DNA of 45,912 nt, the filler included, from Catajapyx aquilonaris (taxonomy: Eukaryota), in NCBI GenBank assembly GCA_000934665.2. It is 2 parts of 2 records of this genome, joined end to end, with 100 filler letters (N's around TTAATTAATTAA, not from the genome) between each part and the next. Parts side by side here need not be neighbours in the genome. Positions count along the whole stretch, not along the records: positions 1 to 23,058 come from KZ539422.1; 1 more part is not named here. One strand, written 5' to 3'. Within the stretch, counting starts at the first letter, position 1. Every line of letters starts with the position of its first letter. The position numbers and the translations under genes are program-made. Below are positions 1-12,300 of this stretch, one piece after another. Under the pieces are notes generated by a model. That model searched no databases and was not told the DNA's origin. It saw only the letters and a program-made list of their open reading frames with translations.

Positions 1-302
1 AGGTAACTTCTTCTTACGGAAGTGAAAAAAAAAAGTTATTGTGAATACTTGTTATGGGAGTGAAATTGTGAAAGGTCTGTTTGTAATACATAATATGCGG
101 TAGTTTATGTGATACTTGTGTCACCTACATCAAACCATATGTTTTTACCAATGGAATATGTTGTTTTTACTAACTTATACTTATACTGAATAAACTATAG
201 CATTCCATGTGTCATTGTCTTCCTTGTGATATCCCTAATTTGTTAATGCATCTCTGGAGATAAGTACCGTACAGTTCGTATTTTCGGAGCTACAGCGACT
301 TG

Positions 303-794
303 AAAAAGACTTTTCACTCGCTGAAGGGTGGCCAATCCGCAATTACGGGCCTCCGGGGCCAAAACGGGAGTGGCGCCATATCAGCATTATTTGAAGAGTA
401 TGGTCTCAAGGACATTCGTACCTAATTTCATGCTTTTATCACCAAGTGCACTGATGACCCTTATTGTTTCGTCCCTTAACTCCATGACAATGTATGTGTC
501 GCGGTAGCTTCGAAAATATGGACTGTACGTGGAAAAGGTACTGTAAACTTTTTGTAGCATACATGTTTCTCTACAACTTTCGTTTGGAACATATCAGCCC
601 GAGAAGCATAGTTCGCTCATAAAAAGACTTTTTCACTCGCTGCAGGGTAGCCAACCCGCAAAGACGGGGCCTCCTGGTCGAAAACGGGCGTGGCACCATA
701 TTTGGATTTGAAGAGTAGGGTCGCAAGGACATTTGTACCAAATTTCATACTTTCATCACCAAACGCACGGTTGACCCTTTTTTTCGTACCTTAA
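303..794. repeat. Diverged ~175-bp direct repeat pair (303-479 and 621-794), probably ends of an old non-autonomous DNA transposon
   Basis: Both copies read AAAAAGACTTTT(T)CACTCGCTG.AGGGT.GCCAA.CCGCAA...AAAACGGG.GTGGC.CCATAT...ATTTGAAGAGTA.GGTC.CAAGGACATT.GTACC.AATTTCAT.CTTT.ATCACCAA...TGACCCTT...TTTCGT.CCTTAA. The transposon origin is inference. Confidence 0.8.
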
Positions 795-955
795 CCCTTT
801 AATTGGCAATGTACCTCCTGGGGCACAGCGAAAAACAGGGAAGGCGACAATTAAAAAAAAAGAGCGATTGCAGCATATCGTACGAATTATTTTAGTAGAG
901 AAATACAACTGACATAATTTTACTAATGTCCTTTCTATCTTTGCCAATTAAAGGG
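795..955. mobile_element. piggyBac-type MITE (161 bp)
   Basis: TTAA on both sides (791-794 and 956-959). Termini CCCTTTTAATTGGCAA ... TTGCCAATTAAAGGG form a TIR with one indel. CCC...GGG ends plus a TTAA TSD are piggyBac hallmarks. Confidence 0.8.
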
Positions 956-1909
956 TTAAAGTGGTTGGCGATTTTCGGCACTAACTGCTTATTTTTAATG
1001 GAACAACTTTGAGAAATTACTAAAAATATTTACTAATAATATTCGACTCGTAGTTAAAATTTGTTGCCTCCCACATGCCTATTACAACAACTCCACCACT
1101 AGCCGATACTGCTGATACCATACTATCACTGGCACTACCCATATAACCCCGGGTGATTTTTCCAGTATCCGCTCCATTTGAACGTGCTTCAAACGCGAAG
1201 TGGACATGAGCCCCACAAAACCGCGTCTCTAAACAGGGCAGTATTTTGGCGATAGCTCTGACGGGGACATGGGCCCGGGGGGGGGGGGGGTAATGGGCGT
1301 GGGGTGCAGGTCTGCACATGCACGCGATCTCCTCTTGACATCGCAGGTGTTGCCTCTGGTTTCCTTACGCAAACGGCCCCGAGAATCCAAGGTGCCAGCA
1401 TACATGGTGTAGATCGTGGTGTAGATGAGTCCAGGAAGAGGCATGCCCCAGAGTGGACCAGGTCAACCCTACTGAGTCTCACAAATGCGACGGGGTCAGC
1501 CTTGGACTACATTATACAGGTTGGTGTTTTTAGATCGATAGGCTGGCTTCATGGAGGGGGTGGGGAGTGGCGGGGTAGGTCGGTGATTTATCCGGAAACT
1601 TGTGTCAGGACTCAGGACAGGGGGAGGGGGAGGGGGGAGACTCAAATGACATTGATGGTGCTGGGTCTTGGATTACTGTATTGACTCGGAGACTGTCGGA
1701 AGGGTGTAATTTAAGAAGTATATCTAGGACAGTCCCATGATATTATGGAGAGTTGATGGTGACTTTGTTTACAAGGATATTGGGTATTTTGTGTCACGAA
1801 GTGCCTTCACAGCGTTGAATATGAGAACCTTTGTGGTCACGGGAATGATCCGGATGTAAACAGCAAATACTCGTATACAATATTTATAGTGTTCGTATAA
1901 GAGAACGAC

Positions 1910-1910
<1 letters not shown>

Positions 1911-1967
<57 letters not shown>
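1911..1967. repeat. (TAA)n microsatellite
   Basis: Direct reading; it explains the poly-Ile run in ORF 1837..2298. Confidence 0.98.
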
Positions 1968-1969
<2 letters not shown>

Positions 1970-2050
1970 TTCCTACCCTGTCCTCTCATGATAAGAATAA
2001 ATACGATATCTTGCACAACAACATGCAGTATCGTCCTGCTACAGTATGCG

Positions 2051-3113
2051 AATTGAAGAGTTTGGTGGAAAAATCGGATAAGTCCACTTTTGGTCGAAAA
2101 TGAGTTATGGCTGCCATCTTGTGGCCATTCTGCATCTTTTGGTACAAAAATCAGACCTGCCATGTGGTCCACTGAGGAAATATAGCCCTCCCAAGTGACC
2201 AGTGTACTGTCCAGAGTGCTCACCGGCCGCGTTTTCGCCCTCTCGCGGGTGAAATTCCAAAAGTCACCTCCTAGACTTTTCGAAAACATGAAGCACACAT
2301 TTCACGCTTCATTTACAGGTCTATTCAAAAAATCCCAAAAGTAGCGAACTTTGAGTTATATTAAAATCACAATTTCGCCGCAATCTTGAAATTGAAAGAT
2401 TTTAAAAGATTTTAAAGATTTCAATGCGATATTATTAAAGGCCTTTAAAATAGCTTCCAAAATCACTTATCACATCTGGATTCACTTTAGGGGTTCAGAG
2501 GTTATGGGCCTCCATCACAAGCCCTGACAGCGTCAAATGAGTGAAAAATCACAATTCCACACCCTGTAGTTTCGCAACTACGTGTCACAGAGAGACGCAA
2601 TCTCGGTTCCTTACTTAACAACGACGACTACTACAAACCCATCAATTTTGGTCGAAATCGGAAAATACTTGTCGGAAAAGTGGTCCTAGTTGACGTGGAA
2701 TGCCCCATTAATATAAGTCACTAAAGCGTGCAGTATGGCTGAACAGAGTGATGAGGAGTCTGAATCGTCTCATGATGAATTAGGTGATGAGTTTGTAACA
2801 CTATGTATGCCTATAATGGAGAAAAAAGATTGCCCATGCTCATAACATACACACAAAAATAATTTATTTGGACATGTCTGGTTCTCATTCGGTGCAAAAA
2901 CAAGACTTATCCACATTACACTCTACTGTAGAATGTGTAATATGCATTGTACAAACTTCATATTCTGGTGCATGTTGACTTTGGTATCATCCTATTCAAC
3001 AAAAAATTATCATTTTAAACATTTTTGAAATTTTCGAGGAATTCAGTTTTTCTTTGTTTTCTCGAAAGTATCAAAAGTGGACTTATCCTGTTTTTCCACC
3101 AAACCCGTCAATT
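2051..3113. repeat. Dispersed inverted repeat pair (2051-2092 and 3072-3113), likely subterminal repeats of a decayed DNA transposon
   Basis: AATTGAAGAGTTTGGTGGAAAAATCGGATAAGTCCACTTTTG is closely mirrored by CAAAAGTGGACTTATCCTGTTTTTCCACCAAACCCGTCAATT. Element boundaries are not resolved. Confidence 0.6.
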
Positions 3114-4050
3114 GTAATTTTGTAGAGTTGTATACTAGTGGCGTAGGCCTACCAAATAATTCGCATGCACATTTAAGACAACCAATGTAACATTCATTAC
3201 ATCGTATCATTAAGTGGACGCACTGACTTGATTATGCTACCGAATAATATGCCTAGCTCCTCTCAACGTCAGGTCGCGACATCCAAATTACATATCATTA
3301 AAAAATCACTTGCATAAACATTTTAAACACAACACGATGTTGCGTGTAGAAATAAAATGATGTGATCATTAGGCTACGCTTAGGTTTGAAGCTGTGGAAA
3401 CACGAAAGGAGAGACAGAAAAAAGCGTAATTGTTCAAATGACCTTGAGGTTATCCTACATGCGCAGAAAATGGGGAGGTAACCAGTACCGTTCATAAAGA
3501 ATGGTTCGACTCTACATGGACGAAATGTTTATTCTGTTCCCATCCCCTGGGTCGCCAGCATGTTTTTAGGGGTCATGAGGATGAGGAAGTCCGGGAAAAG
3601 GGAATCAAAATGAAATAAAAAAGAGAAGAAAAAAACAAAGAAAAGTAGGAAAATTTTAGGACGGAAATTCACATCAAATCTACGTAAGCATTGCACCTGG
3701 TTGAACATTTTGGTAATTAAAATTTGTATTTAAAAATCGGGATAAGCCATACGAGTCACCAGAGATCCAGAAACGGTTGTCTGTAGGGTTTTTCGAAATA
3801 AGGTTGGGAATAATGCTTGATAATCAGGATAAACATTTCGTCCAAGAGTCGTACCATTCTTTATGAACGAGACTGTACCACTTGCACTTCGGATAGTATG
3901 TCGCGACAGCATAATAGCCTATACTGTAGCCTAATACGTAATACCAGAGAGACTGCCGGAAAACATGATACCAACTTCATACCATAGGTACTGCACACAG
4001 GACACCATTCTGAGTCATCCTCTGATTAAAAATTACGGCCGATGCGCCAC

Positions 4051-4234
4051 ACTGTCGTCCCCCCAAAAAAGCCATATCTACAAAACCGGTAATACGAAGG
4101 TAGCCTGCAGGCGATGCACTCGTCCCTCCTGGCTCACCCCCTGAGTATACAGGCTATTGGGTGCAGGACATGCACGCGACTTTCGTCCTTACAAATTTGG
4201 TAGATATGGGTTTTTTCCGCCTTGGGATGGCAGT
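4051..4234. mobile_element. Degenerate small foldback/MITE
   Basis: The left arm ACTGTCGTCCC...AAAAAAGCCATATCTACAAAACCGGTAATACGAAGGTAGC pairs imperfectly with GCGACTTTCGTCCTTACAAATTTGGTAGATATGGGTTTTTT...GGGATGGCAGT. No clean TSD. Confidence 0.6.
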
Positions 4235-4319
4235 TAAGTCCTCCAAAGTTTGGGCAGTCAGCGATTCATCCAAATGCTACGTCCAGTAAGAACTCCGCCT
4301 CACTGGCTGAGTTTAACAC

Positions 4320-4613
4320 GTAGTTATGCAGATTAGTAAGCTATATTCGTACGAATAATGCAGATCAGAATGTTCAGTGCTTCTCGGTTCACACAAATTT
4401 AAAGACTGCAATAAAATTAAAACGGTCAAGTCACGCCGATTTGGTACGTGTCTACGTATTTTGAGTCACTAAGGTGACGTGATTGGGAAAAGTTCCAAAC
4501 CGTCATGACTTGGCTGTCTTAATTTTACTTCCTTTTAATTTGTACAGAGTGGCACTGAACATTCTGATAGTATACAAATTCGTACAAACAGGGCATACTG
4601 ATAGGTATGCTAC
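4320..4613. mobile_element. Degenerate foldback/MITE with ~125-bp arms
   Basis: Perfect 17-bp inverted match ATCAGAATGTTCAGTGC (4364-4380) / GCACTGAACATTCTGAT (4552-4568), with imperfect complementarity extending outward and inward. Confidence 0.7.
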
Positions 4614-4962
4614 TGTATTGTAGTGTAAGTTACTTCAAAAATGTTTTGGCCAGACCGACAGGGTCTCCCTGGATCTAAAAATCGCACAGAATACTATACG
4701 GTTTTTGGTTTTGCTACTTCTGGTTAATACGAACAGTCTACTGATTTAATCCGATACCGGTAATTTAAATCAGTGCAATAGTTATATTCCGATGTGCAAT
4801 TCAACACGATAGGTAGGGATAGAACATGAGTCTGAATTGAATTAAATGGGTCCTCTCGAATGGACGGTTGTAGCAGTATATATTGTCACTAATCTGTCGC
4901 CTATATTCACGGCATATCCCCTTCTACACATTTGACTAACCAGGATTTAAATGGGGCCAATC

Positions 4963-5300
4963 GGGGAGGTGTGGTGGCCGAGATGGTAACGTCTCGGCTT
5001 GCTGAGTGAAAGGCCCCAGGTTCGATCCCCGCCTGGGGAACTTTCCTTTCACCTGCGTCAGGAGGGTCTCTGACCTGCACCAAGGAGGTGTCTGGCAACC
5101 TAACCTCCTGGGGAACAGCACATGACCCCTTTACAGACATTGCACTTGCACCTATGTTCCCTCCCCAAAAATTCCTATCCTTACCCCATGTCCTTTCATC
5201 CTTGCACCGGAGTTAGAAGAAAAAGCAGAAAATTCAGGAAAAATGGTGGTATTCCACTCCCCTATAAGGGCCTATGGCCCCATCACGGGGTTACATTAAA
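4963..5300 (+). mobile_element. tRNA-derived SINE (possibly tRNA-Ala head), 338 bp, with 14-bp target-site duplication
   Basis: Pol III A box TGGCCGAGATGG (4975-4986) and B box GGTTCGATCCC (5019-5029). TGC lies at the anticodon-equivalent position. The identical flanking repeat AAATGGGGCCAATC occurs at 4949-4962 and 5301-5314. The 3' end is A-rich. Confidence 0.9.
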
Positions 5301-5403
5301 AAATGGGGCCAATCCAATACCCCCTTTTCACCCCCTTACCTTATTCCGCACATAATTTTTGAATAAAGGAGACACAGTCAATTCTTATTATTATCATCAA
5401 TAT

Positions 5404-5980
5404 TTAATAATGTCGCCAGCCTCCATTTCGCAGGACGACTTCTTCCTGTCTTCGCGGCATACTTGCCACCAGATTTTGAAATGTGAGCTTGTCCTGCTAC
5501 ACGACAGGCAATTCGTTCTGAAATACCTCCCAGATGGTGTCCTTGTTATGTTAGCGAAACTGATTCCCAATAATCGCATGTCAGAAGGTGCCAGATGTGT
5601 TCAATGGGACTTATGTTACGGCCCTTTGGGTGGGGGTGGGGGGTCCATAAACACCATACTGTGACTCTTCTGCATCTGCAAGACAGGACGGACGTCTCCT
5701 TCAAGAAACCCGACGTAATCTACTTTCATTCGGCCTGATCTTATAATTATTATTATGATAAAATGTCAAGATATTCTGTTCCTGTAATAAGCTGCGCTGG
5801 TATAGTATTTTCCGGACACCTTGTGCAAATCAGGTCCCTTTGTAACAGACGTGTCGACCATGTCCTCGACTTATAGAGTAAGGGCAGTACAAAGACACTG
5901 TCATAACCTTCAGAAAGTAATATGCTACTCTTATTTTCTGTTCCTTGCATGCATGGCATCTCACGGTCACAACACATGGA
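5404..5980 (-). mobile_element. Decayed Tc1-family transposase fragment (C-terminal part of the DDE domain)
   Basis: Frameshifted minus-strand peptides occur in the expected order: ITGTEYLDILS, PPKGRNISPIEHIWHLL (cf. WPxxSPDLNPIEHxW) and FQNLVASMPRRQEEVVLRNGGWRHY* (cf. LxxSMPRRxxAVIxxxGGxTxY). The upstream boundary is approximate. Confidence 0.8.
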
Positions 5981-6075
5981 GAGCTCGAGTTAATAGGATG
6001 TAGGACAATCTACAAAAAGAAATCATTGCACAACTATCCGCAGCTTTAATTACTGATATCGACACATTTGTATAC

Positions 6076-6127
<52 letters not shown>
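6076..6127. repeat. (TAA)n microsatellite
   Basis: Direct reading. Confidence 0.98.
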
Positions 6128-6128
<1 letters not shown>

Positions 6129-9039
6129 TGTAGTGATAAATAATTGTCGCCTTGAACTTAAAATGGGAAAATAACATAATCAGTTAATTTAAATGATAAA
6201 TGGATTATGCACTTTTTCATTGCCCCTTAGCGCCTTAGGTGCCAGTATTTAAAGCTACAGTCACAATAACTCAGCAGGTCCTACTGACCCACAACTGCAT
6301 GACCCAATTACAAAATATCTTCGCCTCAAAAATCATAGACGCCTACACTATCCTTCCGGATGGCAGCATTAGCTTGTTTTGATAACGCAATCCACAAAAA
6401 CGACGTCACCTATTACTGACCTACTTTGAAACTGCCAAGCACATTACTCGCCAGTATATATGTTTTATGAGACAACATCTGGCACGTTCCCGCCACTACC
6501 CCACCCAATGAAAAAAAAAAGTCGCTGCAAAGCTTGAATCCACCTTCATTACCTTCGTTACTCCCCAGAAATCATTTCTCCATCGGCCTTTCATTATATA
6601 GGAGAAATAATTTCAGGGCGGGAAATTATCAAAAGTCTCGAGAGCGGCTGGAATATTGGGATGTGATTGGCTGAGACAGGGAGGTGAAAAGGCTTGCTGA
6701 TTGGGGGACGTGGTGAGAGAAGAAGCGCATGGTAAATACTCTAGAAGGAATGAATTGGCATCATGGTGGAGGGCATCTACTCTCTCTTTGAGGGTCTGCT
6801 GGCTGTGAATGAACATGTGTTGGTGTTACAGTGAGCCGAGGAACATAGATCAGTTTGGGGAGAATATGGTTTAGGCTCATTTTGGGTTTCAAGGTAAGGT
6901 GCTGAAAATATATTCGGGACTAATTTTAACATGGATTGCTATTTTTTGCGGGAGGAATTTTTGATGTGTGCCCAAGAGGGTGTTCACCTCCTGGAGTGTG
7001 ACATTGGTGGACCTGCTTTTTGTGCAACATTTTAGAGCAGTATTGTTAGGTAATATTATATCTTGCATGTTATAATGGGCGCCAATCCGCACGAAAAGGT
7101 GGTAAGAGTGGCCCTGACCATGTTTGACATAAAACTTTAGTATTTTAAAATTGCCTATTGTCTTACTAGGGCCAGACGTAGAATTCATTTCACGTAGAAC
7201 TTCTTCCAGACCTATTACCTTTTGAAACTGTATATGTGCGACCGGAAATGTTAATTCTGAAAGATTATTCTAAAGCTAGATTTCAAGTTGCATTATTCAG
7301 ATTACAGCTTTTTGATCAAAATAATATTAGGCTTAGAAGTGGATGTAAAAATACTGCAAAATTCCGCAGGCAATTCATCGCTGATTTAGTCGATTATTTT
7401 AAAAAACGGGCTGAAATAGTTTTTGTACTCTGCAACATAACCTACCCCAAAAGACCATCAAACACATACCACAGTGCATTATGTGCCAGTGTCATTGTTT
7501 TCATAACACAGAAGAAAATTGGCGTGCATACGTATAAATGTTGCATGAGATTTATCAGATTTTCCCATAATATTAGTTTTAATGAGCCACTTTCGAGAGG
7601 CTTTCAAAATTTCTCCATTGTAAATAACTCCTACTTGAAAATAATTTTCGCCATTTCATCTCATTCTCTACCCTTCCCCAACCACCCACGTTGTACTGTA
7701 TTGCGAGGAAGAGTATGCCTTGTCATTCAACTCCCGTTCATACCTCCCGGGTATGGCTATTCAGCGAATTGTGGCTACTTAATTACACCTAAGTAAAAAC
7801 ACGTGCCGTATTATACAACGGTTATTTGCATTCGGTCTTGGAAATAACCCTGTTCCGTCATACTTCCCAGAATTTTGAGCAACACGCACCACCAAATGAA
7901 TTAGGACCTCCACTTGTTGAAGCACAGCAGGTTCTATATTAGTTTACACATATGAGTAATGACGGCAGCAGATGACTGTCATGTGTTTAACAGGAAAGCG
8001 TCTGAAAAGGATGTACACATCACCCAAGTGCTGTCCTATTGTTGCATCAGTGCAATAAAAACAGAAGGTACACGGTATTTCCGTGTCATTAATTACTCAG
8101 AAGATTGCATTATTGGTGAAGGTAATCACCTTGATTTTTAGCTTCGGTGATTTCGGCTTAATTTTCCTTTGTCAGAGAGCCTGACCAGCTTAAAAGTATA
8201 GCAGTAGCATTGAATTGATGAGATAATGAGCATGAAATTATGCTTGCATCCGGATCACCAAATTTCCGAGTGCGTGCAGTCACTGTAATATTTTCTGCAC
8301 GAAATACTGTTACTGGTAGCATACTGGACGATGTCGTGGTGGGTAATGTGGGATGGGCGCAAAATTCTACGTAGTTCATTCGAATCCTCACCCTGACGAA
8401 GATATAAGTCATATTCGAAGGCTCAAAAGGGAATGATCAATGACAATGGTTTAGATGACCTCAGAAGCAGAGGGTTTACATATCTTCCCTATATCCCTCA
8501 CCAGTTTCATTATTTTTTCCCTTAAAACAGACCTATTTTATTAGCATGCTGGGTTGACTAATACCGGAATGAAGGTGAAGTACTCATGCAGATATGTAGA
8601 CGGACACTGCGTATATACTAGGAGTGCGCGGTAAATGTAGGCCAAGGTGTTGATAACCAGTCGTAACCTTTCCGGGCTCTCCCAATAACTGATGACTTAG
8701 TTGTTCGCGATTCAAGTCCACTGAATGTTCAAGACAGACCTGGGTGACCCCGGACAAACTGGACCTACACACCTGCCTGGAATTTTATTTATCACGTTAA
8801 CTGAATGCAAGACAGTTCTATCACCCTGTCTGGATAACCACATTCCATCTTTGTCTCTATCCTGTAAGTTATGCTTTCCATAAAACTGGTCACTGAAAGT
8901 GTTCAATCTTTCTCATACCATCAAAACCCAGCCTGTCACCTGTTGTCAAGCACCTTGGCTTCTGAACCTCTATGTGGAACTCACACACTCTAATTTTTCC
9001 TCAATAGGAAGCGTTTTATTTGGCCGGACCTAAGTCGAG

Positions 9040-9318
9040 ATGGCGGTGGAAGACCTGGATGATATGCTGGTGCACGTAGGCGGATTTGGCCGCTTCCAAA
9101 AAATTCTCCTCGTGGCTTCCTTCCCATTCAACCTGTTGTTTCCTTACCTCCTTTATAACCAAGTATTTTTTGCCTTGACACCGAAACATTGGTGCCTTAT
9201 ACCAGAGCTGAGTGAACTGCCTCTAGAAACTAAGATGGAACTGGCCATTCCTCTAGAAATGCATCAAGAAGTTCAACGATATAGCCAGTGCCGGATGTAT
9301 GATCTCAACTACACCGAG
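9040..9318 (+). CDS. SLC22 transporter coding exon 1 (MAVEDLDD...YDLNYTE)
   Basis: ATG at 9040 and donor GAG|GTAAGT at 9319. An acceptor-like TTTTTCCTCAATAG ending at 9007 suggests an upstream non-coding exon. Confidence 0.93.
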
Positions 9319-12300
9319 GTAAGTTTACGACATATCTTCCACGTGTATTATCTGAAAGGTGGTGGCACTTTCCTTGTTGTTAACGACTTGCAGTTACTCT
9401 GTCCCCCTTTTTTATAGACCATTAGAATAGGTGTGCGCATTTCTAGCCATGCCATTTTCTCTTAGGAGATGCTAAAAACGTGACAATTATTGCCTCCTTC
9501 CTCGTCACGAAACTTACGTCGAAAAAATAGACAATTTTGTCAAAGTTTGACGAACGATTATATTGGTGCTGTTATTTTGTGTCTGGTTTTTAATGAGTAC
9601 ATATTATTTTGTCTTTTTATTTTATTAATGATATATATTCGAGGGAATTGTTGATGAATAATGAACTAGAATGATGTAGCACAATACGAGAGGTGAATAG
9701 TCATCTCCTTCTGACCACTTATATATGTCACACATTTTTTGTCAACTCAAGTGACGTTTAATCTAGATCAGTATGACTTTTCAAAACCTGGTACGGGAAC
9801 ACCAGAATGGGATATAGGAAGGTTGTGCATAGCCTGTGGTATTTTATTAGGAGTATGAACGTTCTCGGAATGCAGCTATGCTAGTTTTTATCCATCCTCT
9901 CTTTTTGCGGATAAAGGGGTAGTGCATTTCCTGTGGCAATGATATCATAAAAATGACATGGAACTTTCCATGGAATTGGCATTTTTCTCGATTGGGAGAG
10001 AGTAGGTGCAATCTACCTCTCTCACACATGTCTATAAAATTTCAGCAGCCATTAACTCAAGATTTTCCATCTCCTTCTCAGGTGCTACTGAATCCGCAAA
10101 CATTGACAAACCACACGTACATCCAAACTGTACCATGTCAACATGGATGGGAATACGACACCAGCAAGTACTATGTCACTGTTGTGTCAGAGGTAAATAT
10201 TTTTAAATGCTGACCTGCTGGCATATTCACCATGCACCGTTGGGAACGTTTGCATAAGTTGATACAAAACCCAATATCATATTGCTTTGCAAATATTGCT
10301 ACTCTAGCGTTGAAATGAGCTGCTGGAGATGTTCATAAATCGTCGTCTCCCTTACATCTTCCCTTTTCCCATCTGACATGATATGCCAATAATGTCCTTT
10401 GCTTCTAAGTACGACTGGGTGTGTGAGGAGAATTGGAGAGCAAGTGCGGCCCAAACTATCTGCTTCTTGGGCAGCATCATCGGCACGCTTATCTTCGGCT
10501 GGGCTGCAGACGCCTGGGGACGCCTTCCATGTTTGATCGCCTCCAATCTACTGGCATGTGCCTCCGGATTTGCCACTGCCTTTGTCACTGGATTCGCCAC
10601 CTTTGCAGCCTGTCGATTCTTATCGGGACTCACTCTTGGCACCTTTCACAGCATGGTTTATTTGATATGTGAGTCGATTTCTTTGTCTGTTCTAAATATA
10701 CGGTCAGTTTGGCCAATACAACTGAGTTTTTTAGATACTTACTAGATGGTCCGGTAACGATAATGGGCAGCCACGCGTAATATTATAAGAGGTTTAACAT
10801 TAACCCTTTTGAATATGTTGATTTTTTTGGTGGGGAGAAAGGGGATTGAACTCCAATCCACTCCCTCTGTGCTATTAGAGCTAGTCCTGGCCAATGGTGA
10901 TGAGAAACTCTACACTCATTTGTCAGTGACATGGTTAAACTTAACCTAACCATGCATTAAACGCCGTTGTCCGGTCCCACAAGGGAAGCAGTGTCACTAT
11001 CTTCTCTGGAACCATATTTATTTTAGCAGCCACTGAATAAATGAAATGCTTATATTTTTGCCGGGAGTTAGGAAGCACTAAGATTTATTATATAAAATGC
11101 TACAATTTAAGTCAGCGAAGGGTCAGTGCCCTATAACATAGACAGCATGTTATAAGAGAATTGAACACAGCTCTGCTAAATGTGGCACTATTTTGTTTGC
11201 TAGTTTCGCTCCAATGACTACGATCAGCTGGTTGTTGTCTATCGCAAATTTATTCAAATCACTAGTTTACCCTGGGTCAAGGTATCTAACGTCACAAACC
11301 GGCTTCTTCCGTCATAATTGGTTCAAGGGCATCCTTTCGTCTAGAAACATGTCGTGATGGGCAGGGCCAGTGATGTAAGGTTAGTGGTTCCGGCAAAAAG
11401 CGTATTGGTTGAAGTGAATAACTGACTTGTGCTGGCGCCAATGTTCAAGTTCAATCGCCCCTCCATATAGTGTATAAGGCAGGAAATTTTTTCCCCCATC
11501 CTGCACTCTTCTTCTTGGCTGCATAATTAGCATCCTATTGTACAGCCACGTTGATTAACATAGTCATTGTTCGTCATCCCTTTCAAAAGGCCCGTGGCGA
11601 ATGGCAAGCAGTGTCAGAAATATATGAATATAAGGCACCGTTAAACTTAACGTTAGAAAATGATGAGATAGCTTGATACCAGAGTTCTTCAAAATGACAT
11701 ATTGTGACAGCTTTGTGATGCTGCAACTGGCATTATGATACAAGTTCAAGTCAAAGTGTGCCAAGATAGACACTAGTGGCATATCTCCACATCATTCCAA
11801 CCCGCTTGGCAGGTACGGTTGCCAAATGCTTATTAGACCAGGTGTATAGGGTTGCAGAAACACACAAGCGATAAGAGTATGGGAATTCGGAACGGATGTT
11901 CAGTATGTAACTTTGGTGCAAATAGGTCGGTTTTGTAACAAAAATGTGAACTATTACGATACGATATGGACCACATTCCTCCTCGAGACCTTGTTCTATA
12001 GGGATTGGCTATAAATTCACGCGGAACAGCTGTTGTCGTTTTGTTTAGCATTCGGAATATATGAGTTACGTGCTGTTTGAAACACTGAGGTGTTTAGCGG
12101 TAGAGAACGCTGACACCAAGATGCATTGAATGTAAACAGAGCTTGGAATAAGGGGTCAGAGCTAAACTTAATTACACTAGTTGTATCTCTGGCTAGAAAC
12201 TGGAATTAAAAATACACTGTGGCATGAGGACTTCTTTTTTTAAGAACCTTTTTGTGAAAGGCGTTGCCAAGATCGTGAACATCTCTTGCCAACAACAGGC

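Noticed and set aside
4963..5040. Functional tRNA gene
   Set aside because: A and B boxes are present, but the acceptor and anticodon stems pair poorly, and the unit continues for ~260 nt inside a 14-bp TSD. It is a SINE head.
7236..7796. 186-aa ORF
   Set aside because: GTG start, AT-rich repeat-like sequence and no recognisable domain.
7930..8127. Upstream non-coding exon/promoter of the transporter (TATA-like CTATATTA; donor AAG|GTAATC at 8122)
   Set aside because: The motifs are too short to separate from chance without transcript data.
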